Source of the DNA: Pseudomonadota bacterium
Lineage (GTDB): Bacteria; Pseudomonadota; Gammaproteobacteria; Xanthomonadales; SZUA-38
Direction of reading: 5' to 3'
Assembly: GCA_039033415.1 (NCBI GenBank)
Contig: JBCCCR010000007.1
Span: 61,262-125,261 of the forward strand
Length of the DNA: 64,000 bases
Positions 27,112 to 36,582 of this stretch are shown one piece after another. The first letter of the stretch is position 1. The number at the start of each line of letters is the position of its first letter. The notes beneath the pieces were generated by a model. That model was not told the DNA's origin. It did no database searches and saw only the letters and a program-made list of their open reading frames with translations. The position numbers and the translations under genes were made by a program.

Positions 27112-28011
27112 TCACTTCAGGTTGTTAACGTAGCGCTCAGTCTGCCGAAACGCCGCGTCGTTGGTCTGCATACCCTCTTCATCGACTACGCAGCTCCACG
27201 CGGCGGCGAGCTGTTCTGCGGTGTTATCGTCGCGACCCAGGGTCACACCGCGGGTTTCAAATCCTTTGTACATCGCGTAGGAACCGCCGCCGGCACAAAG
27301 CACCGCCTTGCTCGGCGCATCGGGCCCGGTCAGAAACACCACCCCCGGGCTCACAGATTCGGGGGTGAGGATTTGGAAGACTTCGTCGGACACCAGTCCT
27401 TCCATCATCGCCGTGCCGGCCGTCGGGGCAAGACAGTTCACGCGAATGTTGTACTTGGCGCCCTCGATGTGCAGCGTGTTCATCAATCCAACCATGCCCA
27501 TTTTTGCTGCGGCATAGTTTGCCTGGCCAAAATTCCCCCACAGCCCGGTGCCCGACGTCGTGAAAACAATCCGCCCATAAGCCTGTTCGCGCATTGTTCC
27601 CCACACGGCCTTGGCGCAGCTGGCAGAACCGATTAGGTGCACCTCGATCACCTCGCGAAACTCGCTCATCGTCATTTTGGTGAACGATCGATCACGCAGA
27701 ATTCCTGCGTTGTTAACCAAGATATCTACACGGCCCCAGCGGGCGGTCGCGCCAGCCGCCATCGCTTCGACCTGCTCGATGTCGGCAACATTGGTGCCAT
27801 CAGCCACCGCCTCGCCACCCGCCGCCTCAATTTCTGCTACCACCGCGAGGGCGGCGTCGGGCGCGCTCCCGCCTTTGCCCAAGTCGTTCACCAACACTTT
27901 GGCCCCTCGCCGTGCCAGCGCCACCGCGTGAGCTCGCCCGAGCCCCTGACCCGCACCGGTGACAATCGCCACCTGCCCGCTCAAATCGATCGCATTGTCA
28001 TTGGTTTGCAT
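27112..28011 (-). CDS. Short-chain dehydrogenase/reductase (hydroxyacyl-CoA dehydrogenase-like)
   Basis: TGAGQGLGRA cofactor motif, NNAG, and YxxxK (YAAAK). I prefer the Met18 start at 28011. Confidence 0.85.
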   Translation of the reverse strand: MQTNDNAIDLSGQVAIVTGAGQGLGRAHAVALARRGAKVLVNDLGKGGSAPDAALAVVAEIEAAGGEAVADGTNVADIEQVEAMAAGATARWGRVDILVNNAGILRDRSFTKMTMSEFREVIEVHLIGSASCAKAVWGTMREQAYGRIVFTTSGTGLWGNFGQANYAAAKMGMVGLMNTLHIEGAKYNIRVNCLAPTAGTAMMEGLVSDEVFQILTPESVSPGVVFLTGPDAPSKAVLCAGGGSYAMYKGFETRGVTLGRDDNTAEQLAAAWSCVVDEEGMQTNDAAFRQTERYVNNLK

Positions 28012-28148
28012 CGCAAAGGCCCCCAGCTCAAAGGCTGCTACACCAGCAAGTGCGGCTGGCAAAACGTTAGCTTCGCATCAATCTACGATTACCTCGCGCG
28101 CCGCATAAAATTCCGGCTACGATGATGACGGCACACCGGGGAGGTTCA

Positions 28149-28286
28149 ATGATCGAGTCTGAGATTCTGCTGAATTTTGCCGAGCGGCATCAACTGCCGA
28201 TCATGGCCTCACCCGACTTTCAGTGGCCGATTGAGCTCGCGGCCGACGGCTATCGACCAGTCGCTGATTCAGATCGGGAGAACTGA
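28149..28286 (+). CDS. Candidate 45-codon ORF translationally coupled to the Prs-like gene
   Basis: GGGGAGG lies 6 nt upstream of the ATG at 28149. Product is MIESEILLNFAERHQLPIMASPDFQWPIELAADGYRPVADSDREN. The stop TGA shares one nt with the downstream ATG (TGATG). I recognise no family. Confidence 0.3.
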   Translation: MIESEILLNFAERHQLPIMASPDFQWPIELAADGYRPVADSDREN

Positions 28287-29170
28287 TGACTGAAAACACT
28301 CCTATCGTGCTGGGGTTTTCTGAGTATGCCGAAGCAGGTCGACGTTTCGCCGACGCCAGCGACTGCCCTTTTGCTGAAATCAGCGTGCATCAGTTTCCGG
28401 ACGGAGAGCGGCGGGTGCAGCTCCCGGCTGAGTTGCCGGCTCGGGTGATTTTTTGCCGCTCGCTGAATGATCCGGACCACAAGCTGATCGAGCTGTTTCT
28501 GGCGGCCACAACCGCTCGCCAGCTGGGCGCAACCGACCTAACGCTGGTGGCGCCCTATCTGTGTTACATGCGCCAGGACATGGCCTTTACGCCGGGAGAA
28601 GCGGTCAGTCAGCGCATCGTCGGCGCTTTGCTCGCTCAGCATTTCGACGGGCTGATCACTGTCGACCCGCACCTTCATCGGGTGCAAACCCTTGGGGAGG
28701 CTTCGCCGGTCAGTCGGCCCCGAGTACCCAGCACCGCGCCGGTGCTCGCCAGCTTCCTCAGCGAGCAGCTGGACAACCCGCTGCTGGTGGGTCCGGACGA
28801 AGAGTCCGAGCAGTGGGTTGGCGCCATCGCCAGGGAGCAGGAGCTCGATTTTGTGGTGGGCCGCAAAGTCCGGCACGGCGATCGAGAGGTTGAAATCGAA
28901 CTACCGTCGATGGACTATCGTGATCGCCAGGCCGTGCTGGTCGACGACGTCGCCAGCACCGGCAGCACGCTGCGCGTAGCGGGCGAGCTGCTCTTAGCGC
29001 AGCAGGTGGCGTCGGTTGATGTGCTGGTCACGCACGCGCTGTTCGCCGGCGACGCGCTGCCGCGGTTGACGGCGGCGGGCATCCGAAATGTGTGGAGCAC
29101 CGACGCGATCCCCCACACAACCAACCGCATTCATCTCGATCGGCTGCTGGCCGAGGCGCTCAAGACCTGA
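28286..29170 (+). CDS. Ribose-phosphate pyrophosphokinase-like protein (divergent Prs family)
   Basis: PRPP-binding loop VLVDDVASTGSTL and an N-terminal Prs fold pattern. The flexible-loop motif reads YMRQDMA rather than the canonical YARQDRR. Confidence 0.75.
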   Translation: MTENTPIVLGFSEYAEAGRRFADASDCPFAEISVHQFPDGERRVQLPAELPARVIFCRSLNDPDHKLIELFLAATTARQLGATDLTLVAPYLCYMRQDMAFTPGEAVSQRIVGALLAQHFDGLITVDPHLHRVQTLGEASPVSRPRVPSTAPVLASFLSEQLDNPLLVGPDEESEQWVGAIAREQELDFVVGRKVRHGDREVEIELPSMDYRDRQAVLVDDVASTGSTLRVAGELLLAQQVASVDVLVTHALFAGDALPRLTAAGIRNVWSTDAIPHTTNRIHLDRLLAEALKT

Positions 29171-29267
29171 AGCGCCGCCAGGCTTCGGTTAAAGGAGTAC
29201 ACTAAGGGCACGACGAACCCATGAGTGCACTGCTGACGATTAATTTTCCAGCCTGAGGGAGAACAAG

Positions 29268-29696
29268 ATGAATACGGTAAGACAGCTGATTGACCAGAAG
29301 TCCGGAGAAATCGTTTGTATTGACCCCGGTTCATCAGTGCTCGATGCGGTTCGGGAAATGGCGGATCGGGATATCGGATCGGTGCTCGTGACGGAACACG
29401 GAAAGCTGCTCGGCATCCTCACCGAACGGCATTACGCTCGTAACGTGATCCTCGCGGGCCGTCGCTCGGACAGCACGCCAGTCACCGAGGCGATGTCTTC
29501 AGAACCGGTTTGCGTCACCCCCGACCACACGATCGATGATTGTATGACGTTGATGACCCAGCACCGGATCAGGCATTTGCCGGTGCTAGACGACGACAAC
29601 CTGATCGGCGTCGTGTCGATCGGTGACCTGGTCAAATGTCAGATTGCCGACCAGAAAGAGATGATCGATCAGCTGACTCGCTACATTCAAAGCTGA
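29268..29696 (+). CDS. CBS-domain pair protein
   Basis: 142 aa with two CBS repeats (GSVLVTEHGKLLGILTERH and HLPVLDDDNLIGVVSIGDL). Confidence 0.85.
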   Translation: MNTVRQLIDQKSGEIVCIDPGSSVLDAVREMADRDIGSVLVTEHGKLLGILTERHYARNVILAGRRSDSTPVTEAMSSEPVCVTPDHTIDDCMTLMTQHRIRHLPVLDDDNLIGVVSIGDLVKCQIADQKEMIDQLTRYIQS

Positions 29697-29812
29697 GCAT
29701 TCCCTCCCGTCGGCTAGGTAGTATCCACGAGCACACCGAACAGCTTTTTCCGCTTTACTAGATGCAACGTGCCATCTTGGCTCGCCGTACAAGCCAGCGT
29801 GGAGACCAGTCC

Positions 29813-31960
29813 GTGAGCAACACCGTGCCAACCGTCGAAGAGTGTGTTGAACAAGCTATCGCCCGTGTCGGCAAAAACCTGGTGATTGCTGCGCCGCTGG
29901 CGCTGGGAAAACCGGTTCAACTTCTGAATGCGTTCTACCGGCGGGTCGAGGCTGACCCTTCTCTAACCCTGCAGCTTGTCACGGCACTGTGCCTGGAGGT
30001 GCCAAAGCCCGGCAGCCATATCGAAGCCGGTTTGGCGGAGCCGATCCTGGAGCGTTTGTTTGGCAATTATGAAGAGCTGGCCTTTGTCCAGCCGCTCAGA
30101 AACGGCAGCCTGCCGCACAACATCCGAGTCAGCGAGGTGTACTTCAAAGCCGGCTCGATGAAAAATCTGCCGGTTGCCCAGCAGAACTACATTTCCAGCA
30201 ACTACACCCATATCGGCCGGGATATGCTGGCGTTCGGGATGAACATTCTTGTTCAGCTCGTGGCGGCAAAAGAGACCAAAGCGGGACTGCGACTCAGCCT
30301 TTCCTGCAATCCGGACGTGACGCTCGAGCTGATCGATCGAAAGAAAGAGGCGGACCTGCCAATCATGATGCTGGCCCAGGTTCACCAGGATCTGCCTTTC
30401 ATGGAACACGACGCGGAGGTTGCGGCCGAAGAATTTGATCTCGTCGTCAACAGCCGACAGTACGACAGGCGGCTGTTTGCCGTACCCAATGCTGCGGTGC
30501 CTCCGACCGACTACGCAACCGCACTGCATGCCAGCACCATGATTCGTGACGGTGGGACGCTGCAGATTGGCATCGGTTCGCTGGGTGACGCTATCACCCA
30601 TGCCTGCGTCCTCCGGCAGCACCAAAACGACGAATACCGACAGATGGTCGACAGCCTGAGCCGCGTTGCCAATCCGCTGCGCGAGCCGCTGGGCACCTTC
30701 GACGAAGGCCTCTACGTCTCGACCGAAATGTTTGTCAACGGCATGATGCACCTCATCGAGCAAGGGGTCGTAAAGCGCCCCGTCTTCGACAGCCTGCCGC
30801 TCCAGCAGGGCCTTAACAGCGGAGCCATCGAGCCGCGGGTCGACGGGCGGCTGATCAACTACGGCCGGCAAAGCGGACTGATTCCACGGGAGCTTTCTGC
30901 AGAGTCGTTGGCTGAACTCCAGCACTGGGGAATCATGCCGGCTAGCGCCAGGCTGGAAGGCGGACAGCTGACGGTCGATGGCACGTCGACAGCTAACAAC
31001 ATGGATGATCCCCAAACCCGAGAGATGCTGCTGAGCAAGCTCGAGAACCAACCCCTGCGAAACGGGCGCGTCCTCCACGGCGGCTTTTTTCTGGGCCCTG
31101 GGGATTTCTATCAAAAGCTTCGGGATCTCGATCCAGCGGGTCATGAGCAGATTTGTATGACCGGCGTGCGCCGAACGAATCAGCTGCTGCTGAACTATCC
31201 GCTGTACTGTGCTCAGCGCACCAACGCCCGCTTTATCAATACGGGTATGAAAGTGGCCCTGAATGGTTCGGTGGCATCGGACGCTCTCGAAGACGGAACC
31301 GTGATCAGCGGCGTCGGTGGACAGTACAATTTTGTGGCGATGGCGCACGACCTGCCGGGGGCGCGCTCGATCTTGTGTATCCGCAGCACGCGAGGCGATG
31401 GTCGGGATCTCGAATCCAACGTTGTGCCCTTCTACGGCCACACCACCATTCCGAAGCACCTACGCGACGTCATCGTGACGGAGTACGGGGTTGCTGATCT
31501 TCGAGGCCAAAGTGACGCCACCGTCATCAAGCGCCTGATCAACATCGCGGACTCCAGGTTTCAGCACCAGCTGCTGGCTTTCGCCAAGGACCAAGGCAAA
31601 ATCGAACGAGACTACTTCATCCCTGACGAGGCCCGCCAAAATACGCCCGAGCGAGTCCGGCACGCGCTACAACCGTTTCAAGAGAGCGGTCAGCTGCCGG
31701 CTTATCCGCTCGGAACCGACCTGACTGAACAAGAGATTGCGCTGGCCGCCAGCCTGCGAAAGATCAAAGACCTAAGCACCCGCCCAGGCCAGTTCATCGC
31801 GGCCTCGTTTCGAGCATTGCTTCATAAAGACGACGAGGAGGCCGCAAGACCTTTCCTGGAACGAGTACACCTCGACCACCCGGAAACGACAAAAGAGTTC
31901 CTGGTGCAGCAGCTGCTGCTGATGGAGCTCGAGGAACGAGGCCTGCTTAAAGTCAGCTAA
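29813..31960 (+). CDS. Acetyl-CoA hydrolase/transferase family protein
   Basis: Large protein with a central GIGSLGDA and a C-terminal GGQYNFV motif typical of the acetyl-CoA hydrolase/transferase C-terminal domain. The GTG at 29813 has GGAGA upstream. Confidence 0.7.
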   Translation: MSNTVPTVEECVEQAIARVGKNLVIAAPLALGKPVQLLNAFYRRVEADPSLTLQLVTALCLEVPKPGSHIEAGLAEPILERLFGNYEELAFVQPLRNGSLPHNIRVSEVYFKAGSMKNLPVAQQNYISSNYTHIGRDMLAFGMNILVQLVAAKETKAGLRLSLSCNPDVTLELIDRKKEADLPIMMLAQVHQDLPFMEHDAEVAAEEFDLVVNSRQYDRRLFAVPNAAVPPTDYATALHASTMIRDGGTLQIGIGSLGDAITHACVLRQHQNDEYRQMVDSLSRVANPLREPLGTFDEGLYVSTEMFVNGMMHLIEQGVVKRPVFDSLPLQQGLNSGAIEPRVDGRLINYGRQSGLIPRELSAESLAELQHWGIMPASARLEGGQLTVDGTSTANNMDDPQTREMLLSKLENQPLRNGRVLHGGFFLGPGDFYQKLRDLDPAGHEQICMTGVRRTNQLLLNYPLYCAQRTNARFINTGMKVALNGSVASDALEDGTVISGVGGQYNFVAMAHDLPGARSILCIRSTRGDGRDLESNVVPFYGHTTIPKHLRDVIVTEYGVADLRGQSDATVIKRLINIADSRFQHQLLAFAKDQGKIERDYFIPDEARQNTPERVRHALQPFQESGQLPAYPLGTDLTEQEIALAASLRKIKDLSTRPGQFIAASFRALLHKDDEEAARPFLERVHLDHPETTKEFLVQQLLLMELEERGLLKVS

Positions 31961-31979
31961 CGCCGCGGGAAGCGTTAGC
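31956..31979. terminator. Hairpin between convergent genes (8-bp stem GCTAACGC/GCGTTAGC, 8-nt loop)
   Basis: Read directly from the sequence. It overlaps the stop codon of the upstream gene and has no clear U-tract. Confidence 0.3.
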
Positions 31980-31981
31980 GG

Positions 31982-32806
31982 CTACTGGTTCACGTAGCCG
32001 ATCGGCTCCTGGCCCGGCGTAATGACAAACATGAGCGGCCAGTACTTGCCGGTAACCCACAGCCTGCCGTCTTCCGCCAGCGCAATGCCATTGAGAACAT
32101 CCACCCGCCTTCCGGCGATATGCTCCGGCTTGAGAAGCCCGGTGAGATTGATCAAGCCACGCACTTGGCCGCTGGCGGGATCGATACGGGCAATGTAATT
32201 CGTTTGCCAGACGTTGGCGAGGATCTCGTCGTTTACCCATTCAAGCTCGTTGAGGTAAGGCAGCGTCTTCTTGCCCAGCTTCACCGTGATGCGCCGTTGC
32301 TCCTCAAAGGTTTCAGGATCCAGGAACCGCAGCTCCGACGTGCCGTCACTCATGATCAGTGACGTTCCATCATGCGTGAGGCCCCAGCCCTCCCCGCCAT
32401 AGCTGAAGGTTTCCTGCAGAGCGAACGACTCGAGCGCCCACACGTATCCGGTGCGCTTTCGCCAGCTCAGGCCCAGCAACCGGTTCTGCCAGGAGACGAT
32501 GCCCTCGCCGAACACGCCTGAGGGAAAGTCTTCAACCCTTATGACCCGACCGGTCTCAGGATCAACTTTCCGAATGGTCGATTTACCAACCATGCCGGTG
32601 CTTTCAAACAGGAACCCATCATTGAAAAAAAGGCCTTGGGTGAACGCGGCCGGATCATGAGGATAGGTCTGATGCAGGTTGTAGCCAAAGACCGGAACAC
32701 CCTGCGCGTGGGCGCTCAAGCCGGCCACACCTGCGACCGCAACTAACACGCATTGCAGCCACCTACGCAGCTTGTGGGTTTGGGTCAAGGGCCTGCTCAG
32801 GTACAT
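31982..32806 (-). CDS. Glutaminyl-peptide cyclotransferase (beta-propeller plant/bacterial type)
   Basis: YPHDPAAFTQGLFFNDGFLFESTG...IRKVDPETGRV matches the glutamine cyclotransferase family. Signal peptide after the Met at 32806 (AGGAAA upstream). Confidence 0.8.
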   Translation of the reverse strand: MYLSRPLTQTHKLRRWLQCVLVAVAGVAGLSAHAQGVPVFGYNLHQTYPHDPAAFTQGLFFNDGFLFESTGMVGKSTIRKVDPETGRVIRVEDFPSGVFGEGIVSWQNRLLGLSWRKRTGYVWALESFALQETFSYGGEGWGLTHDGTSLIMSDGTSELRFLDPETFEEQRRITVKLGKKTLPYLNELEWVNDEILANVWQTNYIARIDPASGQVRGLINLTGLLKPEHIAGRRVDVLNGIALAEDGRLWVTGKYWPLMFVITPGQEPIGYVNQ

Positions 32807-33099
32807 GGGGTTTCCTAAACTGCCAACGGCCTGCGGAGTTTCGATTAAGAGGCCGGACTCCGCAAGCGTTGTCCTTATGACACACCTCAAGCAATTCCGT
32901 TCAGCGACTTAAATTGCGGTGCTGCAGCTTACGGAGCAAGTCTTGGATCGTCAGCCGCATCTCAAACAGGATCCTCAGGTTCCGGTTAAAACCGTTCCGC
33001 GAAGCAAAATCGGTGTGCTGGATCTGATCATGCGGCAAATCAATGTCCAGTTTTGTACTAACGTTACGCGATATAGGCCAGGAAACAGGGAGACTGGAA

Positions 33100-35109
33100 A
33101 TGATGGAAGCATTTCGGCGAAAGGCACGGACACGGGTGTTGGGGATCGATCGGGGGACGCATGGCAGCGTTTCCGCGGCTGGCTGGCTGGCAGTATTGCT
33201 AGCGTTGGCCGGTGCAGCGCGGGCGCAAACAATCGGCGAGCTGGCCGTCTTTGGCGACAACGTTGCGGACCCGGGCAATATCCCAGCGCTCCTGGAGGCC
33301 GGCAACCAGGCAGGACTCGGCCCGGTTGACACCAATTTCCCGCCCTCACCGCCCTACTTCGGCAATCGCTACTCCAACGGACCGGTTGCGGCTGAACTGC
33401 TGCCCAGCCTTCCGGGGATCGAAGCTGAATCCGTTGTGAATTTGGCGGTTGGCAACGCGTTTTCCGCTCAGCTGCCGGTCAGCCTGGCCGGTGGTGTGCT
33501 GATCGGCAACGGCAGCTCGATTCCTGGGCCCATCGGCCGGGGACTGGCCGCGCTCAACGAAACTGACATCACCAGCCGGGTAAACGCCTACCTCAGCAGC
33601 CGGCCACAGTTTGCGCCGGATGATCTGATGCTCATCTACATGAGCGCCAACGACGGCGCGCTCGCGCTAAATACGATCGGCCTGACAGGACTGACGGGGG
33701 CTGAGGCGCAAAACCTGATTGTCCAGGGTGCAACGGCAAACGCCAGAAACACCGTCGCCGCGGCAGGTCAGCTGGTCGCCGCCGGAGCCCAACAGGTGGT
33801 TTTGGCCAACCTGCCGGACATCGGTGCGACACCCGCGGCGGCGGCCGGGGGCCTGGCCGGCGTCGCCGCTGCCAGCGGCTTCAGCCAGGTGGCGAACGAC
33901 GCCCTCGCTCAGGGTGCGGCTCAGCTGGCCACCGACAGCGGCGCCGTTATCACCGTCTTTGACAGCTTCACGCTGCTCAACGACATCACCGCAAACCCGG
34001 GACGCTACGGGCTGACCGATACCACCAACCCCTGCCTCGCGGTTCCCAGCTGTGTGGGAGACCCGGGCCAAGCAGATCAATTTCTTTTCTGGGACAGCTT
34101 TTTCCCCACCGCTCGCGTCCAGTCGATAGCCGCAGCGGCGCTGGCTGACACCATCAACGCGCCTAAGACGCTGGCGTCGCAGGCGGAGATAACCCGCTAC
34201 GCGGCCGAAAAATTTGCGCAAAGCCTACTCTCCGACCTGGACCGGCGAGGCGCTGAACAAGCCCCCGCCGGCTGGCGACTGCGCTTAGCCTATGATCGGT
34301 TTGACTGGCAGCGAGACGGCGAAACGTTTGCGTTCGGTTATGACGCGCAGCTCGACCGGGTCACACTCGCCGCCGAGTTCATAGGCAGCGAAATGACCGC
34401 GGGGCTCGCGCTGAGCAGCGACCGAGGAGAAGTCGACCACCGCGATATCGCCGCAAGCCACGATGTCGACAGCCTTCGCTTCGGCGCCTTCCTGGCGAGA
34501 CATGGCGAAAACTGGTCGATTGGCGTAGCGGTGCATTTCGCGGACGAGGAGCTGGACAACATTCGCCGCGTTACGGGCGTCGCGGGCCAGATTGCCACCG
34601 GAGAAAGTGACGGAGACAGCCTTTCGCTGCTGCTGCAGATGCAGCGCAACTACGATTGGAACCGCTGGCGACTGGCGCCAACCCTGCGCCTGGGCTACAG
34701 CGAAAGCGAGCTGGATGAGTACCTGGAAACCGGCGCCGTGGCCATGAACCAGCGGGTGGGTGACCGGCGTGCAACCAACAACTTTGCCGAAGTTGGGATC
34801 AGCGCCTCGTCGGCGTGGTCGACACAGGACGGCGGGGGTTGGCGGTTACGTCCGCTCGCCAGCCTCTTCTACCGCAGTCAGCTCGGCAATCGCAGCCAGG
34901 AGATCAACAGCCGGCTGGCGACCGTGCAGGAGGTGGTGCGGACATTCAGCATCGACGCGCCCGATGACGATTACTGGCGTCTGGCGCTGGCGCTCGAGGC
35001 GGGCCTCAGCGAGAGGTTGAGCCTTCAGCTGGGTGGAACGCTTGAGGAGGGCGCCAACCGGCTCGACGGCTACAGCGCCGGCCTGAGCTTGCAATACCAG
35101 TGGAAGTAG
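33100..35109 (+). CDS. Autotransporter with SGNH/GDSL-lipase-like passenger (EstA-like architecture), catalytic residues substituted
   Basis: Long signal peptide ending AGAARA-QT. Block I reads FGDNVADPGN, block II YSNGPV, block III SAND, block V FWDSFFPT. The C-terminal ~270 aa is a beta-barrel-like alternating pattern ending LSLQYQWK. Confidence 0.8.
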   Translation: MMEAFRRKARTRVLGIDRGTHGSVSAAGWLAVLLALAGAARAQTIGELAVFGDNVADPGNIPALLEAGNQAGLGPVDTNFPPSPPYFGNRYSNGPVAAELLPSLPGIEAESVVNLAVGNAFSAQLPVSLAGGVLIGNGSSIPGPIGRGLAALNETDITSRVNAYLSSRPQFAPDDLMLIYMSANDGALALNTIGLTGLTGAEAQNLIVQGATANARNTVAAAGQLVAAGAQQVVLANLPDIGATPAAAAGGLAGVAAASGFSQVANDALAQGAAQLATDSGAVITVFDSFTLLNDITANPGRYGLTDTTNPCLAVPSCVGDPGQADQFLFWDSFFPTARVQSIAAAALADTINAPKTLASQAEITRYAAEKFAQSLLSDLDRRGAEQAPAGWRLRLAYDRFDWQRDGETFAFGYDAQLDRVTLAAEFIGSEMTAGLALSSDRGEVDHRDIAASHDVDSLRFGAFLARHGENWSIGVAVHFADEELDNIRRVTGVAGQIATGESDGDSLSLLLQMQRNYDWNRWRLAPTLRLGYSESELDEYLETGAVAMNQRVGDRRATNNFAEVGISASSAWSTQDGGGWRLRPLASLFYRSQLGNRSQEINSRLATVQEVVRTFSIDAPDDDYWRLALALEAGLSERLSLQLGGTLEEGANRLDGYSAGLSLQYQWK

Positions 35110-35123
35110 CCTCTGCCGTTCGG

Positions 35124-35564
35124 CTACGGCCGGGTCTCAGCTTCTGGCGCGGCGCCGGTGTGACGAAGCTCACGGCGGACGAACCAACGCACCAGGCGGG
35201 CCATGCCCAGGCGCGCCAGGAGCGGCCGGGTGAGAACAAACAGCCGGTAAATCCCGTGTACCACGGGTTTGAACGCTCGCGAGCCCCAGAAGCGCGCCAT
35301 CCGGGTCATACCCAGGCGCTCGTAGATTCGGGCAAACGCGGCAGGTCCCGATACCCACTCGCCGTTTTCGCGAATGTGCAGCGCCTGCATCAGTTCCGCT
35401 TGCCTCGGCACGCCGTCGGGTGACTCGGCCGCAAAGTCCTGGGCGGCGCAGTTGACCATCGACAGAGCGTTGTTCCGATCACCGCGGCTCAACTCGTCGA
35501 TCTCCGCGACGCAGATAGGGCAGTTCCCGTCGTAATAGACTTCGATAGCGTTTTCGTTGCTCAC
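35124..35564 (-). CDS. Thiol-disulfide oxidoreductase DCC family protein (DUF393)
   Basis: N-terminal YYDGNCPICVAEID motif. GTG start. Confidence 0.8.
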   Translation of the reverse strand: MSNENAIEVYYDGNCPICVAEIDELSRGDRNNALSMVNCAAQDFAAESPDGVPRQAELMQALHIRENGEWVSGPAAFARIYERLGMTRMARFWGSRAFKPVVHGIYRLFVLTRPLLARLGMARLVRWFVRRELRHTGAAPEAETRP

Positions 35565-35736
35565 ACGAACATCTTAGTACGCCTGCGCGTGAGGGAGACG
35601 CCAACATTTCGTATCTGCACACCCGCAGCACAATCGTATGACGGTGACTAGCGATTCAGCCGGCGCTTGAACCCGCGCGATCAGCCCGCATACTGTTGAG
35701 CAGAGCCGACGTCCGGCAGCAAGCTAGGAGACACTG

Positions 35737-36252
35737 ATGACCGAATCCACGCAGCAGCGAGCCATCCTTGCCGGAGGCTGTTTTTGGGGCATGGAGGAGC
35801 TGATCAGGCACATGCCGGGCGTCATTTCCACGCGCGTCGGCTACAGCGGTGGCGATGTGCCTAACGCGACCTATCGTAATCATGGAACTCACGCTGAGGC
35901 TATCGAGATCATCTTTGACCCCAAGCAGATGAGCTACCGCACACTGCTGGAGTTCTTTTTCCAGATTCACGACCCGTCCACCTTGAATCGCCAGGGCAAC
36001 GACCGCGGCACTTCCTATCGGTCGGGCATCTATTATGTGGATGAGGAACAGCGGGCCGTCGCGGAGGACACGATCGCCGACGTCAACGCTTCCGGCCTGT
36101 GGCCAGGCAAGGTGGTGACCGAGGTGGCGCCGGCCGGCCCCTTCTGGGAAGCAGAACCGGAACATCAGGACTACCTGCAGCGTATTCCCAACGGCTACAC
36201 GTGTCACTTCATTCGACCTGATTGGCGGCTGCCCAAACGCAAGGCTTCTTGA
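35737..36252 (+). CDS. msrA: Peptide-methionine (S)-S-oxide reductase
   Basis: [13 protein letters not shown] active-site motif and [12 protein letters not shown]...YRSGIYY. GGAGA upstream of the ATG. Confidence 0.9.
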   Translation: MTESTQQRAILAGGCFWGMEELIRHMPGVISTRVGYSGGDVPNATYRNHGTHAEAIEIIFDPKQMSYRTLLEFFFQIHDPSTLNRQGNDRGTSYRSGIYYVDEEQRAVAEDTIADVNASGLWPGKVVTEVAPAGPFWEAEPEHQDYLQRIPNGYTCHFIRPDWRLPKRKAS

Positions 36253-36290
36253 ATCAGCGCAGCTTATCGGGTGACAAGGCCTTGAGCGAC

Positions 36291-36566
36291 GTGCCCGAGG
36301 GTGGCGCACCCTACCAGCCGATCGCGTGCGAAGATTACGACTTTGTCGAGATCGCCTGCCTTGATCGCTACGAGGTTGCCGTCGAGACTGCCACGGGCAC
36401 GCTGCTTGCGCGTGCTATCACGACCGAGGTGAACCAAAACGGCGAGTTTCTCGTTCTCACGGACAAAACCGGCCAGCAGCAAATGGTACGTCTCGATCAG
36501 ATCGAGACCCTGAGAGTCATCACCCGACCCAGCCGTTTTCACGAGCGCACCTTCGCTCGGTCCTGA
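36291..36566 (+). CDS. rof: Rho-binding antiterminator Rof
   Basis: YQPIACEDYDFVEIACLDRYEV...VRLDQIETL aligns by eye with E. coli Rof (YQPINCDDYDNLELAC...LRLDKI). I prefer the GTG at 36291; the track ORF starts at 36222 inside msrA. Confidence 0.7.
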   Translation: MPEGGAPYQPIACEDYDFVEIACLDRYEVAVETATGTLLARAITTEVNQNGEFLVLTDKTGQQQMVRLDQIETLRVITRPSRFHERTFARS

Positions 36567-36582
36567 CCGCAATCCAAACCCG

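Noticed and set aside
29963-31459. 498-aa ORF antisense to the acetyl-CoA hydrolase/transferase gene
   Set aside because: It has no recognisable motifs and is Arg/Ala/Gly-rich. It lies entirely inside a well-supported gene on the other strand, so I treat it as a GC-driven shadow ORF.
35656-36309. 217-aa ORF antisense to msrA. Similar antisense ORFs lie opposite the kinase (46074-46892), the IDH-like gene (41159-42010) and the S15 peptidase (39663-40439).
   Set aside because: All are embedded opposite genes with unambiguous catalytic motifs, and all have skewed Arg/Pro/Gly composition.
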